Shown: in pieces, positions 55,139 through 64,000 of the stretch
How the letters are laid out: each line of letters opens with the position of its first letter
Numbering within the stretch: position 1 is the stretch's first letter
From: Gemella sp.
GTDB taxonomy: Bacteria > Bacillota > Bacilli > Staphylococcales > Gemellaceae
Direction: 5' to 3'
Assembly (NCBI GenBank): GCA_030529855.1
Contig: JAUMWC010000003.1
Span: forward strand, 9,433-73,432
DNA: 64,000 nucleotides
The notes under the pieces: generated by a model
Seen by the model: the letters and a program-made list of their open reading frames with translations, nothing else
Databases searched by the model: none
Told to the model about the DNA's origin: nothing
Program-made: the position numbers and the translations under genes

Positions 55139-56173
55139 CTATTCTAAAATTTGACTTAATAGATATTTTGTTACTAATATCTCCGTTGCTTTTATTGAAT
55201 CAATGTGTGTTCTTTCATAGGCATGACTTGATTCAATACCCGCACCAATTAGTCCATGTTTAACATCAGCTCCTGCTGTCATTGCAGCAGATGCATCACT
55301 ACCATAAAACGGATATATATCTAATTTATAATCTATGTTATTTTTTTCACAAATTTCCTTTAAGTGTTCTCTCAATTCATAATTATAAGGTCCCGAGCTA
55401 TCTTTTACACATATAGAAACACTATATTCATCTGTACTTTGTCCATCGCCCATTGCTCCCATATCCACAGCAAGATATTCCACTACTTTTTCATTAATAT
55501 GTGAATTCCCTCCATAACCTATTTCCTCATTATTAGAAAAATAAAAATTAGTTGTATAAGGTAACTTTATATTATTTTCTTTAAATTCTTTAAGAATATT
55601 AATAATTATTGCTGCACTTACCTTATCATCTAAGTGGCGAGATTTTATAAAACCAGACTCGGTTACAATTGTTCTTGTATCAAAGGATACAAAGTCTCCT
55701 ATATTCACCCCAAGATCTATGGTATCTTGTTTTGAATGTACTTTTTCATCTAAGCGTATCTCTATATTTTCCTGATTTCTTTCCGCTGTTCTTGCATCTT
55801 TATAAACATGAACACTTGTTTGGTGCATCAATATAGTACCTGAAATTTTCTTACCATTGGCAAGATGAATTGTACAATTTTCTCCCTCTATTGAATTAAA
55901 GGTAAATCCACCTACCAGAACTATCGATAATCTTCCATCTGGTTTGATTGATTTTACCATTGCTCCTAATGTATCAATATGTGCCGTTATATATCTCTCT
56001 TTTTCTTGGTTTTCACCTATCAATGTAAGTAATAATCCACCTTTATTAGTGATTCTACTTTCGTATCCAAACGAAACTAACTCATCTTTTATATACTTTA
56101 TAATTTCTTTAGTATATCCTGTCGGTGATGGGATACTTGTTAATTTTTCTAAATAGTGTATTGTATTTTTCAT
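55139..56173 (-). CDS. M42-family aminopeptidase (glutamyl aminopeptidase / FrvX-like)
   Basis: 344 aa; M42 metal-binding residues (HIDTLG..., DDK..., EEIG, final H). Confidence 0.85.
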   Translation of the reverse strand: MKNTIHYLEKLTSIPSPTGYTKEIIKYIKDELVSFGYESRITNKGGLLLTLIGENQEKERYITAHIDTLGAMVKSIKPDGRLSIVLVGGFTFNSIEGENCTIHLANGKKISGTILMHQTSVHVYKDARTAERNQENIEIRLDEKVHSKQDTIDLGVNIGDFVSFDTRTIVTESGFIKSRHLDDKVSAAIIINILKEFKENNIKLPYTTNFYFSNNEEIGYGGNSHINEKVVEYLAVDMGAMGDGQSTDEYSVSICVKDSSGPYNYELREHLKEICEKNNIDYKLDIYPFYGSDASAAMTAGADVKHGLIGAGIESSHAYERTHIDSIKATEILVTKYLLSQILE

Positions 56174-56227
56174 AATTTCAACTCCTTATAAATAATTATT
56201 ATACCATTTTTTAATATTATAAGAAAA

Positions 56228-56257
56228 TAAACTAGCAGATTAATAATCTACTAGTTT
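56228..56257 (-). terminator. Terminator after cshA
   Basis: AAACTAG, 16-nt loop, CTAGTTT, then a T-rich tail. Weak. Confidence 0.35.
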
Positions 56258-56261
56258 ATTT

Positions 56262-57728
<1,467 letters not shown>

Positions 57729-57816
57729 CTATATATTTGTGTTTGTTTACTTTTACATAACTTTACTAGTATAACTGATAATTTCTAATTTGTCACGTAA
57801 TATCAAAAAATATATC

Positions 57817-57852
57817 AAAAAAGCTGATGGAGATAATCCATCAGCTTTTTTG
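57817..57852 (-). terminator. Terminator after the rplU-prp-rpmA operon
   Basis: AAAAAAGCTGATGG, loop AGATAAT, CCATCAGCTTTTTT. Confidence 0.7.
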
Positions 57853-57862
57853 TATAAGTTTA

Positions 57863-58144
57863 TTATGCTTGTGGGTATACAGAAACTTTCTTACGGCTAC
57901 GTCCGAATCTTTCAAAACGAACTACACCATCTACTAGTGAGAATAAAGTGTCATCTCCACCTTTTCCTACGTTAGTTCCTGGGTAAATTTTAGTACCACG
58001 TTGTCTATATAAAATAGAACCTGCAGTAACAAATTGACCATCTGCACGCTTAGCACCTAATCTTTTAGATTCTGAGTCACGACCGTTCTTAGTAGATCCT
58101 ACCCCTTTTTTAGATGCGAAGAATTGTAAATTTAATTTTAACAT
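57863..58144 (-). CDS. rpmA: 50S ribosomal protein L27 (with the Prp-cleaved N-terminal extension)
   Basis: [37 protein letters not shown] is the Firmicutes L27 sequence with its N-terminal propeptide. Two additional in-frame ATG codons lie upstream, which would extend the gene to 58150. Confidence 0.93.
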   Translation of the reverse strand: MLKLNLQFFASKKGVGSTKNGRDSESKRLGAKRADGQFVTAGSILYRQRGTKIYPGTNVGKGGDDTLFSLVDGVVRFERFGRSRKKVSVYPQA

Positions 58145-58149
58145 CATCA

Positions 58150-58479
58150 CTATTTCACCTCTCTTGTTTCAATTTTAATAAAATCTGAATAATTTTCTTC
58201 TATTGCTTGTAATGATATAACCATTGAATTTAAAAGAAGTTGTTCTTTGACCGTTGACTCTAATGAACGATATGTAATGTGCCCTGTTTCATCTTCATTG
58301 GCTGAAACATCAAAGACGACATCATCGTCCAAAATATCAATGGAATTTATTATTCCAATAACAACAGCTGAAACTCCTGCACAAACTATATCAGAACCAA
58401 GTTCTGCAAAATCGGCGTGTCCATCGACACTTAGAAGTTTAACTATATCTTCTTTTTTTTCAATTAAAACATTTATCAT
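58150..58479 (-). CDS. prp: Ribosomal-processing cysteine protease Prp
   Basis: 109 aa; [21 protein letters not shown] motifs (catalytic His and Cys); located between rplU and rpmA. Confidence 0.92.
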   Translation of the reverse strand: MINVLIEKKEDIVKLLSVDGHADFAELGSDIVCAGVSAVVIGIINSIDILDDDVVFDVSANEDETGHITYRSLESTVKEQLLLNSMVISLQAIEENYSDFIKIETREVK

Positions 58480-58481
58480 AA

Positions 58482-58790
58482 TTATCCGTTAATTTTTTCA
58501 ACAACCAATTTAGTGAAAGGTTGACGGTGTCCTAATTTACGGTGATTATTTTTCTTAGCTTTGTATTTGAATACTGTAATCTTTTTACCTTTACCGTGAG
58601 CAACAACTTTAGCTGTTACTGTTGCACCTGCAACGTAAGGTGTTCCGATTTTAGTTGATTCTCCACCTACTAATAAAACTTTATCAAAAGTGAAAGTTGA
58701 TTCTTCTTCAGCGAATAATTTTTCTACGAAGATAGTTTGTCCTTCTTCTACTCTTAATTGTTTACCACCTGTTTCAATAACTGCGTACAT
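58482..58790 (-). CDS. rplU: 50S ribosomal protein L21
   Basis: [25 protein letters not shown] is the canonical L21 N-terminus. Confidence 0.96.
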   Translation of the reverse strand: MYAVIETGGKQLRVEEGQTIFVEKLFAEEESTFTFDKVLLVGGESTKIGTPYVAGATVTAKVVAHGKGKKITVFKYKAKKNNHRKLGHRQPFTKLVVEKING

Positions 58791-58794
58791 ATCT

Positions 58795-58925
58795 GCACCT
58801 CCTTAAATTTTTACTAAGACTCGCCAAATAAGGTGGATTACTCTCTTTTAAACCCTATTCGTGCGGTTGTAGTAGCAGGAGCTACTTCAACATTAATGAT
58901 TCTACCATACTATTCAAATTGAGTC
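58795..58925 (-). ncRNA. Putative ribosomal protein L21 leader (cis-regulatory 5' UTR)
   Basis: About 130-nt untranslated region immediately upstream of rplU with GC-rich self-complementary segments (GCTCCTGCTACTACAACCGCACGAATAGGG). Firmicutes are known to carry a structured L21 leader at this position. I could not verify it against a covariance model. Confidence 0.3.
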
Positions 58926-58932
58926 AATTATT

Positions 58933-60360
58933 TTACTTAGATATTTTCCAAGCACGTAACATATTTTTTTCAATATCTTCTCTTAAAAATGGTGTATAGG
59001 TATTTAATTTTTCATTATCATCTAATGGATCATTAATATAATACCTATTATTATGCATTCCACGTAGTACTTTATAACTTATTTTTTCTCCAAATTTCCC
59101 AGATTTAAACTGAACTAGTACTGGTGTATTTTCTCTCAGTGCTTCATCTACTTTGTACATCTGGTTACTATTATACATATCTACTTTTAATCCTCGTTCT
59201 TTTGCAAAATCTGTAACTATCGTAGATAATGTTCCTTGATCTTTTCTATAGTATTTTTCACCAGCCCACTCTGAAATTTGTTGAACACTACGTGAATTTT
59301 CTTTATTAAAGTATTTATCCAACATTGCTAGAGAAATTATTGCATCACCATTTTCAGAAATTGTCTTACTTCCATCATTACCGTAAGCGATATTCTTATA
59401 CTGCTCTTCATTTGTATAATAAAATGGAATATCTAAGCCTCTTTTTTCTGCTGTTAACAATTCATTTTTTCTTTTATTGTTACTATCCTCTATCTTTAAT
59501 AAATAATATAGATATTCTTCAACCCCTCGCTTAAGTCCGATTACAGATTGCTGAATATAAATATTATCATTCAATATGTTTTTATTAGGTTTATCCAAAT
59601 TATTTCCGACCATAATAGTTAGTTGTGTTCGGTCTTGATCAATTTTTTGAACAAGAGAGTCGTTTCTTTGAGGAGAATTTACTTTATATATATATTTTTC
59701 TTTTAAGTTTTTTTCTAGATATTTACTTATTAATTGTGAGTTTTCTGTATCATTATAATACAATGATATTCCACTTGGAGATTTTTCATCTTCAAATAAG
59801 CCGACATTTAATATCACGTTAACTTTGTTTTCATTGGAAATTCGCTCTACTTCAGCCAATGAAATAAACTCATTATTTTCTCTACTTAATATTACTTTAA
59901 TATTTCTTTTCTCTAATTCTGTCTTAATCATTTTCGACAAATTGAGCGTATATTCTCCACTTCCCTCTGTATAAATAGGATTTAATAATACTACAAAATT
60001 ATTAAGTTGTTCATACATTCTCTCTTCTGGACTCTTTATATTAGATCCAACCACATCCCATAAAGGAATCCAACCTACTACATTTTCCTGTGTTAATACT
60101 TCTATCCAATTAGATTCCTCGTTTTGCTGTTTCAAAATTTCACCTGTGGATATCTTTTTTAAAACAGGATAATTTTCTCCGGGACCAGTTCTTATTTCTG
60201 TCTCTTTTTCAATTGAAACTTCTGTAGCTGTAAACATATTATTTTCAACTATATTTTTGTTGTACCTATAATATATAACCGTTGACATTATTAATAATAA
60301 GCAAACGAGAGAAATAATTACAACTACTACATTAGGTTTCTTTTTTCTTTTTATTCTCAT
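58933..60360 (-). CDS. Membrane-anchored cell-wall protein: TM, SH3b, amidase_3-like and peptidase_C39_2-like (YvpB-like) domains
   Basis: 475 aa. Basic N-terminus plus one TM helix. SH3b-like segment (TEIRTGPGENYPVLKKISTGEILK...NWIEV...GWIPLWDV). Middle region resembles N-acetylmuramoyl-L-alanine amidase_3 (VNVILNVGLFEDEKSPSGISLYYND) but lacks the DAGHGG histidine. C-terminal region resembles the C39-like domain (GDAIISLAM...YYIND) without an obvious catalytic cysteine. Confidence 0.6.
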   Translation of the reverse strand: MRIKRKKKPNVVVVIISLVCLLLIMSTVIYYRYNKNIVENNMFTATEVSIEKETEIRTGPGENYPVLKKISTGEILKQQNEESNWIEVLTQENVVGWIPLWDVVGSNIKSPEERMYEQLNNFVVLLNPIYTEGSGEYTLNLSKMIKTELEKRNIKVILSRENNEFISLAEVERISNENKVNVILNVGLFEDEKSPSGISLYYNDTENSQLISKYLEKNLKEKYIYKVNSPQRNDSLVQKIDQDRTQLTIMVGNNLDKPNKNILNDNIYIQQSVIGLKRGVEEYLYYLLKIEDSNNKRKNELLTAEKRGLDIPFYYTNEEQYKNIAYGNDGSKTISENGDAIISLAMLDKYFNKENSRSVQQISEWAGEKYYRKDQGTLSTIVTDFAKERGLKVDMYNSNQMYKVDEALRENTPVLVQFKSGKFGEKISYKVLRGMHNNRYYINDPLDDNEKLNTYTPFLREDIEKNMLRAWKISK

Positions 60361-60369
60361 ATTGTTACC

Positions 60370-60819
60370 TTAACTAGTTACTAAACTATCATATATTACT
60401 GTAATCGGACCATCGTTCTCAATCAGTACATTCATATGACTTTGAAAAATTCCTTTCTCTACTTTTATATTCTCTAGTTCTAAATATTCGTTGAATTTTT
60501 CATATAAAAATTTTGCATCGTCTGGACGTGCTGCATCTGTGAAACTAGGTCTGTTTCCTTTTTTCACATTCGCATATAGTGTAAATTGAGAAATAGACAA
60601 TATTTCTCCTTTTACTTCCTTTAAAGATAAATTAATTTTTCCATCTTCATCTTCAAATAATCTAGCATTCGCGATTTTTTTTGCTAGAAATTCAGCATCT
60701 TTTTCCGTTGAATCCTTGTGCACACCTACTAATAGACAGTAACCTTTGTTTATTTTCCCTACTACTTCATCATCCACAGTCACCTGAGCTTTATTAACTT
60801 TTTGTAAAACTACTTTCAC
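60370..60819 (-). CDS. dtd: D-aminoacyl-tRNA deacylase
   Basis: 149 aa; SQFTLYA motif and C-terminal NDGPVT-like motif. Directly downstream of rel, as in the conserved relA-dtd pair. Confidence 0.93.
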   Translation of the reverse strand: MKVVLQKVNKAQVTVDDEVVGKINKGYCLLVGVHKDSTEKDAEFLAKKIANARLFEDEDGKINLSLKEVKGEILSISQFTLYANVKKGNRPSFTDAARPDDAKFLYEKFNEYLELENIKVEKGIFQSHMNVLIENDGPITVIYDSLVTS

Positions 60820-62999
60820 TACTTAATTACCCTTTCAACGATATAAATATCCGATATTTGTTTCAATTTTTTTATAATAAAATCACATTCTTCTATATTT
60901 TTAACCATTAAACTTATATCTATAATACATGTTTTATCAGATTTAATTTCTGAATTTAGTTTAGTAACTACTACTTTCGTTTCATTTAATTTTAGTAATA
61001 CATTACTTAGTAACATCTCTCTATCAAACCCGTGTAATTGTAAACTGATAGAATAATTTCTTTTTGATAATGATCCTACCCATTCAACATCTAAAAATCT
61101 ATTTATATCTTCATTTTTAACATTCGGGCACTCTTCTCTATGTACAGTGACTCCGCGTCCTTTCGTAATAAACCCAACAATTTTATCGCCTGGGATAGGT
61201 TGACAACATTTAGATAATCTAACAAGTATATTGTCCACACCTTTTACATACACACCTGTTTCTGTAAGAATTTTCTTATTATCTTCTGTTGCATTAATTA
61301 ACTTATCAAGTTTTTCTTGATTTTGCTTTTCTTTTCTAATCTTTTCAGTCAAACGCATAAAAACTTGGTTTGCTGTTATTGCACCATAGCCAATAGTTCT
61401 ATATAATTCATCTATCGAAGGAAATCTATATCTTTTTAAAACACTATCAATAGCTTCTGAAGTCATAACTTCTGATATTTCAAAACCTTGTAGTTTTATC
61501 TCATCTTTTAATAGAATTTCTCCCTTAACTAGATTTTCTTCTCTTGCAACTTTTTTAAAATAAGATTTTATTTTTGACTTTGTTTGTGAAGATTTTGCAA
61601 TATTCAACCAATCTCTACTTGGACCAGTAGATGCTTTACTAGTTCTAACATCGCAAATTTCCCCTGTTGAAAGTTCATAATCAAAAGGAACTATTTTATC
61701 ATTAATAGTTGCTCCTACCATCTTATTTCCTACTTCGGTATGTATAGCATAAGCAAAGTCTACAACACAAGAACCTTTTGGTAATTCGATAATATCACTG
61801 CTTGGTGTAAACACATATATCTTATCACTTAATAGATCAACTTTTAGAGAATCCATAAAGTCTTCTGCGCTTGTTTCAGTCTTATCTCCCTCGGCCATTT
61901 TTTGGAACCAATCTAATTTTTGATAGAAGCTATCTGATTTTCCTGTTTTCCTTCCTTCTTTATATGCCCAGTGTGCTGCAATTCCTTTTTCGGCAATTTC
62001 ATGCATTTCATAAGTTCTAATCTGAACTTCCAGTGGTTGCCCATTTGGCGATAATAGTGTAGTATGCAATGACTGGTACATATTAGGTTTAGGCATTGCA
62101 ATATAATCTTTCATTCTTCCTGGAATAGGTAGCCACATATTATTTACTAAACCTAATGTAGCATAGCAATCTACAACACTATCTACTAAAACCCTAACAG
62201 CTAACAAATCATATATTTCTTCAAATGATTTGTTACTTTTCTGCATCTTTTTATATATGCTATATATATGTTTAGGTCTTCCACTTACTTCTCCGACTAT
62301 TCCATTTTGTGCTAAAAGCTCTAGTATATTATCGCAAGCTTGTTTTATACTCTCAACTCTTACACTTCTCTTTTGCTTCATCATTCCTACTATAGAAAAA
62401 TATTGTTCTGGATGTAAATAACGAAGTGATGTATCTTCTAACTCCCATTTTATAGAACTAATTCCCAGTCTATGAGCTAATGGAGCATAGATTTCCAAAG
62501 TTTCACTTGAAATTTCTTTTTGTTTCTCTGCTCTCATATGTTTTAAAGTTCTCATATTGTGAAGTCTATCTGCTAATTTCACAAAAATTACCCTTATATC
62601 ACTCGCTATTGCAATAAACAATTTTCTATGATTTTCTGCTTGAGTTTCTTTTTTCGATGTGAATTTTACTTTATCTAATTTTGTTACACCATCTACAATT
62701 GCTGAAATATCTTCATTAAACATATTTGTAATATCGTCTAACGTATATTCTGTGTCTTCAACAACATCATGTAAAAAACCTGCACAAACAGTAGCATAAT
62801 CTAATTTTAATTCTGCTAATATTCCTGCTACTTGAATGGGATGTAATATATATTCTTCACCAGATTTTCTCATTTGTCCTTTATGAGCTTTTTCTGCTAA
62901 TTGATATGATTTTTCAATACTATCCCAATATTTTTCTGGAATATATGTCTTACATATATTATATACATCTTCAAAAGAATAAGGATATTCTAAATTCAT
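60819..62999 (-). CDS. rel: Bifunctional (p)ppGpp synthetase/hydrolase Rel (RelA/SpoT)
   Basis: About 726 aa from MNLEYPYSF (GAGGT RBS upstream); HD hydrolase domain (HPIQVAGIL...HDVVED), synthetase domain (RPKHIYSIYKKM), TGS and ACT regions. The tracked start at 63062 lacks an RBS. Confidence 0.93.
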   Translation of the reverse strand: MNLEYPYSFEDVYNICKTYIPEKYWDSIEKSYQLAEKAHKGQMRKSGEEYILHPIQVAGILAELKLDYATVCAGFLHDVVEDTEYTLDDITNMFNEDISAIVDGVTKLDKVKFTSKKETQAENHRKLFIAIASDIRVIFVKLADRLHNMRTLKHMRAEKQKEISSETLEIYAPLAHRLGISSIKWELEDTSLRYLHPEQYFSIVGMMKQKRSVRVESIKQACDNILELLAQNGIVGEVSGRPKHIYSIYKKMQKSNKSFEEIYDLLAVRVLVDSVVDCYATLGLVNNMWLPIPGRMKDYIAMPKPNMYQSLHTTLLSPNGQPLEVQIRTYEMHEIAEKGIAAHWAYKEGRKTGKSDSFYQKLDWFQKMAEGDKTETSAEDFMDSLKVDLLSDKIYVFTPSSDIIELPKGSCVVDFAYAIHTEVGNKMVGATINDKIVPFDYELSTGEICDVRTSKASTGPSRDWLNIAKSSQTKSKIKSYFKKVAREENLVKGEILLKDEIKLQGFEISEVMTSEAIDSVLKRYRFPSIDELYRTIGYGAITANQVFMRLTEKIRKEKQNQEKLDKLINATEDNKKILTETGVYVKGVDNILVRLSKCCQPIPGDKIVGFITKGRGVTVHREECPNVKNEDINRFLDVEWVGSLSKRNYSISLQLHGFDREMLLSNVLLKLNETKVVVTKLNSEIKSDKTCIIDISLMVKNIEECDFIIKKLKQISDIYIVERVIK

Positions 63000-63073
63000 A
63001 ACTACAACCTCTATTTTTCTTAATATCCTTTCAATTATACTATATCTTATGTAAACTATCAATTATCCCATAA

Positions 63074-63101
63074 TAAAAAAAGCCTTAAATAAGGCTTTTT
63101 T
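63074..63101. terminator. Terminator between the DUF1634 gene and rel
   Basis: AAAAAAAGCCTTAAATAAGGCTTTTTT. Confidence 0.65.
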
Positions 63102-63105
63102 ATTT

Positions 63106-63447
63106 TTAATGAGTTGCCCCCATAATTAAACTTATACATAGTATAAAAATTATTATACATGAAATTAGCACATATTTATAATTTTTCAAGATTATAAATT
63201 GTATTTTCATTGATACAATCCTAATAATAGGCGTTAAAATCAAAATGAAGATTCCTAACATATAATACGTAGCTGCATCCAGATTTAATAATCCATTCCA
63301 CGTATTTTCAAAATTAAAAGTATACGATAAAGAACTTTCTAATTTATTATTCCCAAAAATGATAGCAAAAATTATTAAAACAGAACTTAAAATAACTCCC
63401 GATAACAATACTTTCGATAAAAGTTCTTCTATTTTTTTCAATTTCAT
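63106..63447 (-). CDS. DUF1634 family small membrane protein
   Basis: 113 aa; three or four TM helices; overlaps by 4 bp with, and lies downstream of, a TauE/SafE gene, the usual DUF81-DUF1634 pairing. Confidence 0.6.
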   Translation of the reverse strand: MKLKKIEELLSKVLLSGVILSSVLIIFAIIFGNNKLESSLSYTFNFENTWNGLLNLDAATYYMLGIFILILTPIIRIVSMKIQFIILKNYKYVLISCIIIFILCISLIMGATH

Positions 63448-64000
63448 ATTAAACCAAACCCTTTCAAAATCATATTAATTATCGTAAAGAATAATATCGG
63501 TAACATGAGATATCTTAGGTATTTAGAATTTAAATGTTGCATGATTCTTGAACCAATCATCGCACCTACCAATGTTCCAAGCGCTACTGGAGCAGCTATA
63601 TAAGGATTAATAGTACCATTGAAAAAATACACTAGTGCACTGGCACTTGCGGTAACCCCCATCATAAAATTACTTGTTGCAGTACTAACTTTTATAGGTA
63701 ACTTCATATAACCATCTAATGCCATTATTTTAAAAGCACCGCTTCCTATTCCTAATAAACCACTTGCTAGCCCTGCTCCAAACATAACAGCAGAACCTTG
63801 CTTAACATTATATACATCATAAGTTATTGTTCTTTTTTCTGCTTTATCATAATATGAAGATGAAAACTCTAACTTCTCTGCATATAAATCTTTTTTCTCA
63901 ATTTTTTCATTACTTTTTTTTACTTTAATTAAACCTGATTTTTTTAACATTCCATAAAAAGAATTCATTAATATAATTGAAAATAATATATACAATACTT
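63444..64000 (-). CDS. TauE/SafE (DUF81) family anion exporter, partial (5' end beyond the window)
   Basis: C-terminal fragment with glycine-rich TM helices (GAGLASGLLGIGSGAFKIMAL; the PYIAAPVALGTLVGAMIGSR repeat). Confidence 0.7.
   Translation of the reverse strand, partial: VLYILFSIILMNSFYGMLKKSGLIKVKKSNEKIEKKDLYAEKLEFSSSYYDKAEKRTITYDVYNVKQGSAVMFGAGLASGLLGIGSGAFKIMALDGYMKLPIKVSTATSNFMMGVTASASALVYFFNGTINPYIAAPVALGTLVGAMIGSRIMQHLNSKYLRYLMLPILFFTIINMILKGFGLI

Noticed and set aside
63106-64000. DUF81 (TauE/SafE) plus DUF1634 gene pair
   Set aside because: A well-known conserved two-gene transporter module. Nothing unusual beyond being cut by the window edge.

Overview
This 64 kb window is AT-rich (roughly 30% GC) and reads as low-GC Firmicutes chromosome, dense with housekeeping genes. 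I found no transposases, phage genes, CRISPR arrays, tRNA or rRNA genes, and no obvious cluster of hypothetical ORFs that would suggest a novel defence or accessory island. The 5' end carries the tail of a tsf-pyrH-frr type operon. Every gene from 61 to 20275 is on the + strand: pyrH, frr, DUF896 and YneF small proteins, rluD, fba, ackA, recA, pcrA, ligA, recJ, apt, an M16C metallopeptidase, trmB, efp, rpmB, a membrane metallophosphoesterase, and a XerS-like tyrosine recombinase. From 20300 onward nearly every gene is on the - strand: pgsA, ftsK, rdgB, murI, recO, era, ybeY, uvrC, rsmB, fmt, mltG, ruvX, folA, thyA, Nif3, tag, mfd, pth, prs, trxA, mutS2, engB, lon, clpX, cpsB-like, an LCP gene, lepB, patatin, M42 peptidase, cshA, rpmA-prp-rplU, an SH3b/amidase-like gene, dtd, rel, DUF1634 and TauE. 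The only + strand genes there are rpsP, recD2 and a GAF/fRMsr gene. The most notable structure is that this strand-polarity switch falls exactly at a near-symmetric dif-like site (19168..19197). The site sits immediately upstream of the XerS-like recombinase gene and about 0.75 kb from ftsK, which is the expected layout of a replication terminus with a single-recombinase Xer system. The site sequence, however, resembles canonical XerCD dif (GCGCATAA / TTATGT arms) rather than the streptococcal dif-SL. Other items worth a second look: a perfect 30 bp all-A/T palindrome between uvrC and ybeY; an unannotated 31-codon hydrophobic ORF between the recA stop and its terminator; a TM-SH3b-amidase_3-like-C39-like protein with apparently degenerate catalytic motifs next to the rplU operon; a Lon protease whose N-terminal ~200 residues lack the usual LPLLPLR-type N domain; and a cpsA(LCP)-cpsB pair with no adjacent tyrosine kinase genes. 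All calls come from reading the translations and the DNA by eye. No database search was run.
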